Below are positions 40,824 through 51,275 of a DNA stretch of 64,000 bases, piece after piece (within the stretch, counting starts at the first letter, position 1; every line of letters starts with the position of its first letter). Position numbers and translations under genes: made by a program. Source of the stretch: Phycisphaeraceae bacterium (GTDB lineage Bacteria > Planctomycetota > Phycisphaerae > Phycisphaerales > Zrk34); contig JBBDRF010000005.1 of the NCBI GenBank assembly GCA_040905565.1, forward strand, positions 131,503 through 195,502. The letters run 5' to 3'. A model generated the notes under the pieces. That model did no database searches, was not told where the DNA came from, and saw only the letters and a program-made list of their open reading frames with translations.

Positions 40824-41822
40824 ATGTACCTGACACACGCACATCCCGAGCAGAGTGGCGGCCATGATGGTGAGCCTGTGAACGCGCTCCTGCCAAGCGT
40901 TTTCACGCGTGACAAGGCGGAGGCGTATGCGACATGGTCCGGCGAAGGCGAACGACTGCTGGCGCGGTGTTCGCTGTGGTGGTCCCACACGCCAGCGTTG
41001 AGCGGCGATCGTACCGCGAAGGTAGGCGTCATCGGCCACTACGCTGCGGCTGATCTCCAGGCCGGATCGCAGTTACTGCGGCGCGCGTGCGGCACCTTAC
41101 GCTCAGCGGGATGCAGCGTCGCCATCGGCCCCATGAACGGCAACACGTGGCGAGACTATCGCGTGATCCTCGACGATCGTGATGCTGCTGGGTTCTTTCT
41201 CGAACCCGATTCCCCCGCGGCATGGGCACTGCATTTTCAACACGCGGGGTTTGAGCTTTTTGCCGACTACCGCTCAGCCGTGTGCGACGATCTGACCATG
41301 ACCGATCCACGATTAGAGCGCGTGGGGCGTCGACTCAGCCGGCAGGGCGTTCACCTGCGCACGCTAAGGCTGGATGACCTCGGTGACGATCTGCGGGCGA
41401 TCCATGCTGTCGCGCTTGAAGCGTTTGGCGGCGCGATGCTGTATCACCCCGTCACGTTCGTTGACTTCGCCGAGTCGTTTCAGCCGATACTCGACAAGAT
41501 CGACCCGTCCTTGATACTGCTTGCGGAGCGCCGTGGCGAGACTGTCGGCTTCTGCTTCGGCATCCCGGATTATCGACAGGCTGTGCTGCCCGAACGCATC
41601 GACACGATGGTCCTTAAAACTTTGGCAGTTAAGCCGGAGCGATCGCTCGCGGGCCTCGGCGCACTCCTGATGCAGCGGAGCCATGAGGCAGCAAGAGAGC
41701 GTGGGATGCGCCGTGTCATCCATGCGATGATGCATGCTGCGAACCACCGTATTATCGCGCTGTCCGCCCGCTACGCGCAGCCGATGCGGCGCTACGGTCT
41801 CTTCGCAAGGAAACTGCATTGA
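40824..41822 (+). CDS. GNAT-family acyltransferase (tandem GNAT fold); start uncertain
   Basis: IGHY, IGPMNGNTW..YR, FFLEP, LKTLAV.P...G.G.LL. Confidence 0.75.
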   Translation: MYLTHAHPEQSGGHDGEPVNALLPSVFTRDKAEAYATWSGEGERLLARCSLWWSHTPALSGDRTAKVGVIGHYAAADLQAGSQLLRRACGTLRSAGCSVAIGPMNGNTWRDYRVILDDRDAAGFFLEPDSPAAWALHFQHAGFELFADYRSAVCDDLTMTDPRLERVGRRLSRQGVHLRTLRLDDLGDDLRAIHAVALEAFGGAMLYHPVTFVDFAESFQPILDKIDPSLILLAERRGETVGFCFGIPDYRQAVLPERIDTMVLKTLAVKPERSLAGLGALLMQRSHEAARERGMRRVIHAMMHAANHRIIALSARYAQPMRRYGLFARKLH

Positions 41823-43450
41823 ATAGCAATGTCAGTGAGATTCTCGCCCGCCAATCACGTGATGATCCGGATGGTGCCGCCATCACGCAGCGCCGCTGTG
41901 GCCGAGATGTCATACTAACCTACGCGCAACTCGAACAGGCGGTAAGGCGGGAATCGCGTCGACTGACCGAGGCAGGAATCATCAAAGGCGACCGCGTGCT
42001 GGTGCTCTGTTCGGTCAGCCTTGAACTGTACGTTGCGATGCTGGCGCTGCTGCGGTGCGGCGGCACGGCCATGTTCGCCGACCCGGGCGCGGGCCTTGCA
42101 CGCCTGAATACATGCTGCGAGCGGGCACAGCCTCGAGCCGTGATCGCGACCTGGCGTGCGTCCCTCCTGCGGCCGTTTGTGCCCGCATTGCGTTGGGGGC
42201 CGAGGTGGCTGACTGTGCCGAAGCTGACCCCCGATGCAGCCGGCGCCGTTGCGCCCCCGCCCGCCACGGTTGAGGCCGACCACCCGGCGATGCTGACGTT
42301 CACCAGCGGCAGCACCGGTGAGCCGCGCGGTATGGTGCGGACCCACTGTTTTCTTGCACGCCAGCAACGTGCCGTCGTAAACCATTTGGGCCTGAGGCAA
42401 GGGCAGACCGACCTTTCAACGATGCCCATTTTCGTACTGGCGAACCTTGCTGCGGGTGTGCACAGCGTTCTGGCGGACGTGAATCTGGCCCGGCCCGGTG
42501 CGGCGGCGCCCCAGCGGCTGATTGCACAGATAGTGCGGCATGCGCCTGACCGCATGCTTGCGTCGCCGGCGATGTTTGATCGCCTCGCAGATTACTGCAT
42601 CATGCGAGGCATCGTGCTCGAGTCACTGCAGCGGATCGATACTGGCGGGGCACCGGTCTTTCCACGCACCATCGACAAGCTGCGAGCGGTCATGCCTCAC
42701 GCCCACTTGATGATCGTGTACGGCTCGACAGAGGCCGAGCCGATCGCCACCTTGGATGCGACCGTCCAGAACGATACACAGCGGGTTCGCATCGCCGGGG
42801 GCGCGGGCCTGCCCGCAGGTGCGTGCGCCTCGGATGTGCAAGTGCGTTTGCTTGCCGCGCGATGGGGGGAGCCGATCGGTCCGCTATCGGCTGGGCAGTT
42901 CAATGCACAATGTGTTGAGCCGGGCGTTGTTGGCGAAATTGTTGTACGCGGCGATCGCGTGATCGGCGGCTATCTCAACGGCGTCGGCGATTCGCAGACC
43001 AAATTCCACGTTGACGGAAGCATCTGGCATCGCACGGGGGATCTGGGCCGCTTTGATGATGAGGGGCAACTCTGGCTGCTTGGCCGGGCTGCGGCTCAAC
43101 TGCGTGACCAGCGCGGGGCCATCGAGCCGTTAGCGGTTGAGGCTGCTGCGATGGAGCAGGCCGCCCTGGCGTGTTGTGCGCTGGTCGCAATCCGCGGGGA
43201 GCGTGTGCTGGTGGTGCAGATCGCTGCCGATGCCGAGGATGGATGGCGTGAGCGGCTGCTTGATGACCTGGCGTGGGCACAGATTGGTCGGGTGATGACG
43301 CTGCGGCGTATCCCGCTTGATCGGCGTCACAACGCGAAGATTGATTATCCCTCGCTTCGGCGAATGGTCGGGGCGGATTCACCGTCGGCACTTTCAACCA
43401 CACGCGCGGTCCCCGCAGCGCCGTCCATCTCAACGAGGTCGCCGTCGTGA
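41819..43450 (+). CDS. AMP-dependent adenylating enzyme (OleC-like/acyl-CoA ligase)
   Basis: FTSGSTG.P, YGSTEAEP, WHRTGDLG, HNAKID. Confidence 0.88.
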   Translation: MNSNVSEILARQSRDDPDGAAITQRRCGRDVILTYAQLEQAVRRESRRLTEAGIIKGDRVLVLCSVSLELYVAMLALLRCGGTAMFADPGAGLARLNTCCERAQPRAVIATWRASLLRPFVPALRWGPRWLTVPKLTPDAAGAVAPPPATVEADHPAMLTFTSGSTGEPRGMVRTHCFLARQQRAVVNHLGLRQGQTDLSTMPIFVLANLAAGVHSVLADVNLARPGAAAPQRLIAQIVRHAPDRMLASPAMFDRLADYCIMRGIVLESLQRIDTGGAPVFPRTIDKLRAVMPHAHLMIVYGSTEAEPIATLDATVQNDTQRVRIAGGAGLPAGACASDVQVRLLAARWGEPIGPLSAGQFNAQCVEPGVVGEIVVRGDRVIGGYLNGVGDSQTKFHVDGSIWHRTGDLGRFDDEGQLWLLGRAAAQLRDQRGAIEPLAVEAAAMEQAALACCALVAIRGERVLVVQIAADAEDGWRERLLDDLAWAQIGRVMTLRRIPLDRRHNAKIDYPSLRRMVGADSPSALSTTRAVPAAPSISTRSPS

Positions 43451-45867
43451 AGCCGATCCATGAGCCTCGGCAGGCCCACGATGGTCGGTATGCCCATCTC
43501 ACGCGCCAGCGTCGCGGAATGCGAGAGGATGCTGCCGCGTTGAACGAGCACCCCCGCCGCGCCGGGAAATAGCATGACCCAGCCGGGGTCGGTGCGTTCA
43601 GCGACGAGAATTTGCCCCGGCTGCGGCTGGGCGTGTTGCGGATCGTGCACACAGCGGACCACGGCACGCACCACGCCGGGATAGCAACCCGTGCCCTGCA
43701 GCGGGAGGTCGGACGCGATCGGGTTCGGCATGTCGATCGGGATGGCGGTGTCGAGGTCGGCTGAGCCGTGCGTTTCGAACCGTGAAGGGGGTGCGGGCTG
43801 CTGAGCATACTGTTCGAACCGCGTACGCCGAGCCGAGGCTTGGGTGCGCAGGCCTTCGAGCTTGTCGTTTTCTGCAGCGTCGAACAGTTCTCCAATTTCT
43901 AGGTAGAACACGTCGGCTGCGTGTTCGAGGGTGCCGCGGTCGGCGAGGCGTTTGCCCATCTGTAAAACGATGCGCCGCACCCGGCCGAAGACGCGTGTGC
44001 GCTCAAACCGCAGGTTCTCACGCAGGATCAGATGTCGCCTTGCCGCTCGGACGAGAACGTACATCGCCGCCTTTCGTAGAGGTCGTCGCCCCACAGCCGC
44101 TTTGAGTTCGTGCCATGCCTCGCTCCACACCTGCGCGGTGTGCTCATGGGCGTGCCCCCCCCGCTGAACCTGCACGGCGGCCCGGCCGACGGCACGCCAG
44201 AGTGGGGACGGTTGCTCGTGAAGCGTGGGCGATTCGAGTTTCAATTCTTCCATGCAGCGGTCGCCGAAGCGGTCGAGATAAGTCGCAACGGCCGCGTTCA
44301 GGGACGGGTGGTTTCTGAGTAGTTGCCTCACCGCTGCGGGCTCTGCTTCGGCGAGCGTTTGGGCGGCTCCCTCCGTGGCGGCGGCAATTTCACCCATGGC
44401 TGCGATCTGCTGAGCCGGTTCGATGCTGACCATCCCCTTCGCTCCGCCGAGCAATCGCCCGACCTGCGCCCAGCCCTGTTCGCCAGCCCAACGCTCAGCC
44501 GAACGGCGCAGCACGCCGAAGCAGATCATCGTGAAGAAATCGTTCACCAGCGGGGCATCCCAGCGACTGAGCAAGGTTCGTTCCAGCCGGCGATACTCCT
44601 TGGCCAGTTCGTTCAGCCGCATCGTTTCCAGCGTCTCCGCCGATCCCGCCAACGCCGCCTCCAGCCGTTTGTGGAAGCGTCGCGTCAAGCGGCCGAGGCT
44701 GAGATAACGCATACCCAGCCCGAGCACGCTGCCGAAAAGTTCAAGTCGGTCGCGTAGTCGGCCTCGCCAGCCTGGCGGCTTGAGGTTGCCGATGATCTCG
44801 TCGGGCATTGCTTCGCGTACGCCCATCATCTGCTCCATGAAGACGCGATTCGATCGGTAGCCCGGCAGCAGTGCGATCAGCCGATACCAGTTGTAGAGGT
44901 TGTAATACACCCGGCCGCGGAAGTGGCCGAGCATGTTGGGGAACAGATCCGAATTGGCAGCGATCCGCGATCGTGACACGCCCATCAAATGGCAGAACGC
45001 GCGATAGACGCCTGCGTATGCCGAGCACGCGAAGGTGTAGGTTACCGGCGTGGTGACACCTCCGTAGCTTTCGGAGATGTTGGCGTTATCCCACACGCGC
45101 CGAGGTTGAGCGGCACTCGGCACAGCGGCGGTGGTGATCGGCCGGGCCTGCACCATCCAGAGTTTGCCGTCCTCGATCGCCCACTCGACATCCTGCGGGC
45201 AACCGAACAGTTCGCCGGCCTGATGCGTCAGCTCGGCGACACGGCGCAACTGCACTTGAGTCAGTAGCGGCGGTGCGCCGTCATCTTCAGATTGCTCGAC
45301 GATTTCACCGGCCCGATCCACACGCCACGCCTGACCCTCAACTTCGCCATCGACCAGCGGTGCCGCACAGCCGGCGACGGCGTTAATCACGCAGATAGCG
45401 TCGGTGCCTGTCAATGGATCCGCGCCGAAGGCCACGCCGCTCACCTCCGGTCGAAGCATCATCTGCACGATGACCGCGCACGGCGGAGCGGCTCCGGCGA
45501 GCCCCTGATGTTTACGGTACGCAAGCACCCGCGGAGCCGACGCCGACTGCCGCACCCTTGCGATGCGGTCGGTCACGTCAGCAGCAGCGACGTCGAGGTA
45601 GCTTTCCAGCAAGCCGGCGAACGAGCCGCCAGCACCATCTTCCTCGGGCGACGAGGAACGCACCGCGAGCAGACGGCCGCTGGCGGTGAGCCGGGCTATA
45701 TGCGTATGAAGGTCATCGGCCGGCACATCGGATGATGGTGTCATGACGATGAACGGGGGCACGCTGATACCCGCCTGTTGCAGGCGTGATAGATGTGCCG
45801 CCTTCGCGCCGACGACCGCGGCGTCTGTCGCGTCCGCCTGGTCGACAATGCACGTTTGAGCAATCAT
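43345..45867 (-). CDS. PEP-utilising dikinase-fold enzyme 1 (rifampin phosphotransferase/PigC architecture)
   Basis: GAKA, AVRSS..ED...SFAG, QDVEWA, QARPIT; C-terminal TDPGW...LSHSATLAREMG. Confidence 0.88.
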   Translation of the reverse strand: MIAQTCIVDQADATDAAVVGAKAAHLSRLQQAGISVPPFIVMTPSSDVPADDLHTHIARLTASGRLLAVRSSSPEEDGAGGSFAGLLESYLDVAAADVTDRIARVRQSASAPRVLAYRKHQGLAGAAPPCAVIVQMMLRPEVSGVAFGADPLTGTDAICVINAVAGCAAPLVDGEVEGQAWRVDRAGEIVEQSEDDGAPPLLTQVQLRRVAELTHQAGELFGCPQDVEWAIEDGKLWMVQARPITTAAVPSAAQPRRVWDNANISESYGGVTTPVTYTFACSAYAGVYRAFCHLMGVSRSRIAANSDLFPNMLGHFRGRVYYNLYNWYRLIALLPGYRSNRVFMEQMMGVREAMPDEIIGNLKPPGWRGRLRDRLELFGSVLGLGMRYLSLGRLTRRFHKRLEAALAGSAETLETMRLNELAKEYRRLERTLLSRWDAPLVNDFFTMICFGVLRRSAERWAGEQGWAQVGRLLGGAKGMVSIEPAQQIAAMGEIAAATEGAAQTLAEAEPAAVRQLLRNHPSLNAAVATYLDRFGDRCMEELKLESPTLHEQPSPLWRAVGRAAVQVQRGGHAHEHTAQVWSEAWHELKAAVGRRPLRKAAMYVLVRAARRHLILRENLRFERTRVFGRVRRIVLQMGKRLADRGTLEHAADVFYLEIGELFDAAENDKLEGLRTQASARRTRFEQYAQQPAPPSRFETHGSADLDTAIPIDMPNPIASDLPLQGTGCYPGVVRAVVRCVHDPQHAQPQPGQILVAERTDPGWVMLFPGAAGVLVQRGSILSHSATLAREMGIPTIVGLPRLMDRLHDGDLVEMDGAAGTARVVESADGESAPTIRRSEG

Positions 45868-46820
45868 CCCAAGCTCCTTGCGATCAGCGGTGCCACGCCG
45901 AGGCCGAGGTATAGCCCGAGCGTGCAGAGGGCGGTGAGCAGTTCGATTCGTTTGCCGCTGCCGGGGTGCGGTCGGCGTAGAAATACGATGCCGCCCCAGC
46001 CGCACAACGCCACCAGTGGCAGGTACAGCAGGCTCAGCTCCACGACGAAATCGAGTCTGCGAGCCGCGCCCAGCGCGCAGAGCATTGAAGCAATCACCAC
46101 GGCCCACCAACTCACCACGGCAACCGATCGGCCCCAGAGCATGGTGTACGTTCGCACGCCGGGTTCCTCGTCGGCGGGGGCACGAATCTTGCGTCCGATG
46201 TCGATAGTCATGCCGTTGAAGAAACTCGCAGCAAGGAACCACGTGATGCCCGCAGGCACACCTGCGCCTACCACCAGCCAGTCGGTGCCGGTGGCATAAA
46301 GATCGACCAGCGGCATGATGAGCATGTGGCTGATGAGGTAAAGCAGCGGCCGGTTTGAGAGGTGGTCGCGAAGGCCGAATTCGCACGTCATTGCAGCGAG
46401 GTACGCCCACGCGATCGCCAACAGGATCAGCAGCACCGGCGCCAGCCAGAGGGCGAGCAGCAGTTGCACGGTCGCCGCGATCACGAAGAGGCCGCCCAAC
46501 TCGCGGAGCGTCACCAGGCCGCGCGGCACCGGGCGATAGGGCCGATAACGCAGATCCTCCGCAAAATCCTTGAACTCATCGGCGATGCGAAGCTGAAGAA
46601 AAAACAACAGGCATGTGACAAACGCCACGCCTGCCGACGCCGGGCGTATCTGTTCCCCGCCGCGGAGCATCGTCGAAAGCGACACGGCACAGAAGCTGAA
46701 CGCCGCGATCAACGGGCCATGTATCAGCAGCGGAAACCGCTCCCGCTGATACACCCACCAGCGGGCGATGCCGGTTGGGTCGAGCGGTGCGTGAAGCTTG
46801 TGATCAGCCGTACGCGTCAT
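45864..46820 (-). CDS. UbiA-superfamily prenyltransferase
   Basis: RIADEFKD..ED...RP.RP.PRG; multi-TM. Confidence 0.8.
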   Translation of the reverse strand: MTRTADHKLHAPLDPTGIARWWVYQRERFPLLIHGPLIAAFSFCAVSLSTMLRGGEQIRPASAGVAFVTCLLFFLQLRIADEFKDFAEDLRYRPYRPVPRGLVTLRELGGLFVIAATVQLLLALWLAPVLLILLAIAWAYLAAMTCEFGLRDHLSNRPLLYLISHMLIMPLVDLYATGTDWLVVGAGVPAGITWFLAASFFNGMTIDIGRKIRAPADEEPGVRTYTMLWGRSVAVVSWWAVVIASMLCALGAARRLDFVVELSLLYLPLVALCGWGGIVFLRRPHPGSGKRIELLTALCTLGLYLGLGVAPLIARSLG

Positions 46821-48097
46821 GGTTGAGCCTCCAGGGGAGGAGCAGTTCTCGCTGGCTTCACGGGCGAAGTGGTCGGCAAGTGATGTGCGGCCAGTGCGGA
46901 AGCGGAGGCGCAAAGCAGCGCCGCGACGGCCATCGCGGCACGGAAGGCCGGATCCCAGTCGGCTGGTTCGGGTGTTTGAGGAGCGGTCCAGACGACGCCG
47001 TAGCTCACCAGCACGCCGCCGAACACGCCAACCGCCAGCAGGGCTGCGACGCGTGCGACGAGAGCGTTGATCGCGGCGGCTGCGCCGAGCGATGCTGCGT
47101 CAGCTCCATTCATGACAGTTGCACTCAAGGGGACAATCGTCAGACCCATACCGGCGCCGACCAACGTGAGCGGACCGAGCAGTCGGGCGGCGTAGTCACT
47201 GATGCCCGTTCCTAAGCCGCCGACGATCAAGCAGACGAGCCCCGACGCGGCCAGCAGACAGCCGATGCATGCAGGTGGCCGTGGACCTCGCCGGTCCATC
47301 CATCGTCCTGCGATCGGACATGCGGCTACCAATAGCAGGAGCATCGGCAACTGCGCTACCGCCGCATGGTCCGGCCTATAGCCGCTGCCAGCGATGAGCG
47401 CCAGCGGCATCACGAGCAGCAAGCCGTAAACCGCCGTGTAGATGAGGAGTGCTGAGGCCAGCGCGCCACGCACGACGGCATTCCTCCAGACGGGTGCTGG
47501 AGCCGGTGGAGCCGCTGCTACCGGGGGCGATGGCCGCTTCGTCTCTGGCACCCTGCGTAGGTAGAGCAGCGTTATCATCGCCAGCGGCAGTTGAACGATA
47601 AAGATGCCGCGCCACAATCCCGCCTGCGCCATGGCTCCGCCAAGCAGCGGGCCCGTCACCAATGCTGCGGCACACGCGGCTGACCATGCGCCGATCGCCC
47701 GGCCGCGCCGGTCCGGCGGATGTGCGGCTGTGAGTACCGCCAAACTGCCCACCACGATCATCGCCCCGCCGACGCCCTGCATCACGCGGGAGGATATCAA
47801 CCAGATCATGTCCGTCGCCATGGCGCACGCCATCGAAGCGATGGCAAACAGGACAAGCCCGGTCACCAGCGTCTTCCGTCTCCCCAGGCGGTCCGCCAGT
47901 ACTCCCGCGGGGATCAGTAACACCGCAAGTGGTATCGCAGAGGCAGCGACGATCCATAACGACTGCGACGACGATACGTTCATGGCCGTTGCGATGGCGG
48001 GAAGGGCCAACCCCATGGCCGTGGCGTCGATGAATGTCATCGACGTTGCGACAGTCGCAGCCACAAGCGCGGCAACCTGTACACGCGTCGCGTTCAC
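46817..48097 (-). CDS. MFS efflux transporter (DHA2-like, appears internally shortened)
   Basis: D.T...ALP.I, G.LADRLGRR, R..QG.GG, GPLLGG motifs. Confidence 0.85.
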   Translation of the reverse strand: MNATRVQVAALVAATVATSMTFIDATAMGLALPAIATAMNVSSSQSLWIVAASAIPLAVLLIPAGVLADRLGRRKTLVTGLVLFAIASMACAMATDMIWLISSRVMQGVGGAMIVVGSLAVLTAAHPPDRRGRAIGAWSAACAAALVTGPLLGGAMAQAGLWRGIFIVQLPLAMITLLYLRRVPETKRPSPPVAAAPPAPAPVWRNAVVRGALASALLIYTAVYGLLLVMPLALIAGSGYRPDHAAVAQLPMLLLLVAACPIAGRWMDRRGPRPPACIGCLLAASGLVCLIVGGLGTGISDYAARLLGPLTLVGAGMGLTIVPLSATVMNGADAASLGAAAAINALVARVAALLAVGVFGGVLVSYGVVWTAPQTPEPADWDPAFRAAMAVAALLCASASALAAHHLPTTSPVKPARTAPPLEAQP

Positions 48098-49476
48098 AAT
48101 CCACCACCTCTTGGTTCGAGTGTCATCCGCAATCCATGCCGACACCGCAACGTGATGCCCGCCTCCTGCTCAACCGGATGGCCGGGCACCAGCCGCAGGC
48201 GATAGCGCTGTGCCACCATCGCCGTGATGATCAATCCCTCGAGTCGCGCGAGGCTTTGCCCGACGCAAAACCGTGGGCCGCTGCCGAAGGGGATGTATGC
48301 CCAGGGGTGCCGAGCCTTGATCTGCTTGGGCTCAAAGCGGGTGGGATCGAACCGCTCCGCGTCGGGCCAGAACTCACGGTGACGATGGGTGACGTATGGG
48401 CTGATCATCACCCGGGTTCCGCGGGGTATGCGGTAGCCGCCGACGATGTCGTCAGCGACTGCGCGCCGGAAGACCGCCCAGATCGGCGTGTGGATTCGCA
48501 TCGCTTCCCGCAGCGTCATCGAGGTGTACGTCAGCGCGTCAACGTGATCTTTCGTCAGTCTTTCGTCATGCAACACACCGCGGGCTTCTTGATGCACGCG
48601 ATCCGCAACATCCGGATACTGATCGAGCAGGCGCCACAGCCACGTCATTGCATTGGCTGTCGTCTCGTGACCGGCCAGCAGCATTGTGATGGTCTGGCTC
48701 CGCAGCGAGCGATCATCCAGGTGCGGGCAGCCATCACTTGCACGGCTGTGCATCAGGTCGGTCAGCAAATCGTCATGGTCCCCGCGCCGATGCTCGTTGA
48801 TGATTCGATCAACCCGCTGCTCGAGTGTGCGTTTGGCGCGCTTGAAGCGAATGTTCGCGAAGGTAGGGATGAAATCGGGCGGGCTCAGCGGATTCTGAAT
48901 GCGACGGTAGGTGTGAGCGAGGACCACAGTGATAGCCTCTTCGAGGGTGCCGACCTCCTCGCCGGCGTCGGTACTGAACAGCGCCTGCTCAATGATGCCG
49001 TACGTCAGGCGCATCATCTGCGAGGCGACATCGATCGGCTGCCCGGTGCGTGCCGCGTCGGCCCATCGGTCGAGCATGCGTTGTGTTCGCGTGACGATCA
49101 CATCGATGAAGCTTTCGACCCGAGCCGCGCTGAACGCCGGTTGAATGGCCCGACGTTGTTCAGCCCACCGTGCGCCATTGCTGACCAACAGCCCGTCACC
49201 TGTCAGTCGACGTATCTGATCTGAAGCGAACGTATCTTTGTCGTACCGCTCAGGGTGGGCAAACACGTGAGCAACATCGTCCGGATGACACACGAGGTGA
49301 ACGGTGAGCGGGCCGACTTTGTAACGGACGACGTCGCCATACGTGCGATGCCCAGTGAGCATCAGGCCCAGCACATCGCGCTGCATCTGCGGCAGGCAGC
49401 CGATACCCGGCAGGCCGCCGGGTCCCGGGGCTTGCGCGCCATACGCCGGTGGGATTTGGCCGATCGCCTGCGTCAT
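48094..49476 (-). CDS. Cytochrome P450
   Basis: AGHETT, EAMR, FGSGPRFCVG. Confidence 0.95.
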   Translation of the reverse strand: MTQAIGQIPPAYGAQAPGPGGLPGIGCLPQMQRDVLGLMLTGHRTYGDVVRYKVGPLTVHLVCHPDDVAHVFAHPERYDKDTFASDQIRRLTGDGLLVSNGARWAEQRRAIQPAFSAARVESFIDVIVTRTQRMLDRWADAARTGQPIDVASQMMRLTYGIIEQALFSTDAGEEVGTLEEAITVVLAHTYRRIQNPLSPPDFIPTFANIRFKRAKRTLEQRVDRIINEHRRGDHDDLLTDLMHSRASDGCPHLDDRSLRSQTITMLLAGHETTANAMTWLWRLLDQYPDVADRVHQEARGVLHDERLTKDHVDALTYTSMTLREAMRIHTPIWAVFRRAVADDIVGGYRIPRGTRVMISPYVTHRHREFWPDAERFDPTRFEPKQIKARHPWAYIPFGSGPRFCVGQSLARLEGLIITAMVAQRYRLRLVPGHPVEQEAGITLRCRHGLRMTLEPRGGGL

Positions 49477-50636
49477 CAGCACCCCTCCCGCAGCGGGTCC
49501 GCCAGGGACGTCGATTCAAATCCTGTTGCATACCCGAACGCGTCGAAGTATCGCCCCCATGCCGATGCAATCCGTCGTCGCTGATCCTCATCAAGCTTCG
49601 GATGCTCATTTCGGCGATACCCCGCGATCGACTGCAGATACTCCTGCATGCGTAGTTCGACATGCTCAAACGGATCCAGATCGAGCGCTGCGTACAGCTT
49701 TCGCATGCTGCCGAGGGGATCCTCATCCAGGCTCGCGTACGACAGTTCGTGAAGCCGACCGGGCGCGATCAGATCACGCTGCTGCAGGTACGCCTCGTGC
49801 AGTACGTCGTAGCGGTGGAGAATGGCATCGTCGAAAGTCGCTGGGTCCTGGGCCTGCAAGTTGGCCTGCCAGCCAGCGGTCTCCAGGTAATGCTTTGACG
49901 ATTGGAACACCGTGTACGGATCGCGGTGGACGTGCACGAAGCGTGCTTCGGGGAACAACTCCAGCAGCAGGCGAATCCGCGCAGTGTGAGGGGGCGATTT
50001 GAATATCAGCCGGCGTCCTTCACCCAGGCTCAGCTTCCGCACGAACTCAACAAACGCCGCCTTCCACGCAGCGGCTTCCTCGGCCGTGGCGTCCGCGAAA
50101 CTCAGATACCGTTCGTAATGGCTTGCCCGACGGGGGAACGACAACGCCAGGTAAGGGCTGAGGCCGCTCAGCAGCGAAAGCGCCAGCTCATCTTCCTGCG
50201 GCAGGTCGAACCCCATCGCCATGTTGTCCATCGGCCGGCGGTTCGGCAGCAGAGGCTTCAGCACGGCAGGCAACACACGCTGCGTGCTCATGAACGAAAA
50301 CGGATTCACCACCTGGTACGTCGTCGGCGAGGTCAGACGATCATCCAGCGTCAGCAGGTTGTGCAGGTGGGTCGTGCCGCTGCGCCAATGGCCCAGGATG
50401 AAGATGGGATCGGCCCGCACCTCCACCTGCCGTAACGCTCCCGCAAAACGCAGCCGTTCAACCGTGTGGCAAAGGGAATTGAACACACTCATGCACGTGA
50501 CGAACATGGCACGGTGCGCGTAGGCGAGGTCGATATCGAAGCGGTTCTCGCGCAGCAGCTTCCACCACCGCGAAAGCGTGAGCCCCGAGAGCGGGTTGTG
50601 ATCCAGCGACCAACGGCGAGGCAGTGAACGACTCAT
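49476..50636 (-). CDS. PAPS-dependent sulfotransferase (Stf3-like)
   Basis: IFILGHWRSGTTHL, PQEDE, KSPPH, HRDPY...S. Confidence 0.9.
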   Translation of the reverse strand: MSRSLPRRWSLDHNPLSGLTLSRWWKLLRENRFDIDLAYAHRAMFVTCMSVFNSLCHTVERLRFAGALRQVEVRADPIFILGHWRSGTTHLHNLLTLDDRLTSPTTYQVVNPFSFMSTQRVLPAVLKPLLPNRRPMDNMAMGFDLPQEDELALSLLSGLSPYLALSFPRRASHYERYLSFADATAEEAAAWKAAFVEFVRKLSLGEGRRLIFKSPPHTARIRLLLELFPEARFVHVHRDPYTVFQSSKHYLETAGWQANLQAQDPATFDDAILHRYDVLHEAYLQQRDLIAPGRLHELSYASLDEDPLGSMRKLYAALDLDPFEHVELRMQEYLQSIAGYRRNEHPKLDEDQRRRIASAWGRYFDAFGYATGFESTSLADPLREGC

Positions 50637-50663
50637 GAGATGAATCTCCGAAAGTGGCAGCGG

Positions 50664-51275
50664 TCATGCAGCGCCCGCGTCTTGCCCTCGGCGTGGCCGC
50701 ATGCGACCGAGCAGGCTTCCCACGATCAGCCCGCCCATGCCTGCAATACCGCCGACGAAGTACACGGATTGCTTCGCAGCATCGAGGAACGGGTTGTCAG
50801 CAATGTTGCCCGAGACGTGGTAGCCGATCAGCCGCCACTGCCCGTCTTCCCGCAGCAGGGTTGCGGTCCAATAATTGGGCAGTTCGAATTGCATCCCGTA
50901 AAGCTCGTACTGCGAGATCGAGGTGCCGTGCACAAAACCGAAGCGGCCTTCGTGGACGGCAGTCAAAGTCGCCGGCGTCGGCTCCTGCGTGTAACCGAGG
51001 AAGCCGCGGTCCGCGCCTTTGCCAAGCTCCTCCAGAAACTCGGCAAGCCCGTCATGGCCGGCTGCTACCCGACCGTCCTGCCACATCGTCACGATGTCAG
51101 GGTGCGACAGTTCAACCTGCGTTGCGATATCGTCATTCACGATGGCCTGAACGAGCCGATCGCGGAACCTGCGCAGCTCATCATGCACCGGGTCGTCCGC
51201 ATCAGCAGCAAGCAGCGGCGTCGGCACAACAAAGGCTCCTATGCCAATCAGCAACACAGCAATCATTCGATGCAT
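50664..51275 (-). CDS. Exported, membrane-anchored NTF2/SnoaL-like (DUF4440-type) protein
   Basis: Signal peptide; WTATL.REDGQWRL..YH.S; C-terminal TM. Confidence 0.7.
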   Translation of the reverse strand: MHRMIAVLLIGIGAFVVPTPLLAADADDPVHDELRRFRDRLVQAIVNDDIATQVELSHPDIVTMWQDGRVAAGHDGLAEFLEELGKGADRGFLGYTQEPTPATLTAVHEGRFGFVHGTSISQYELYGMQFELPNYWTATLLREDGQWRLIGYHVSGNIADNPFLDAAKQSVYFVGGIAGMGGLIVGSLLGRMRPRRGQDAGAA

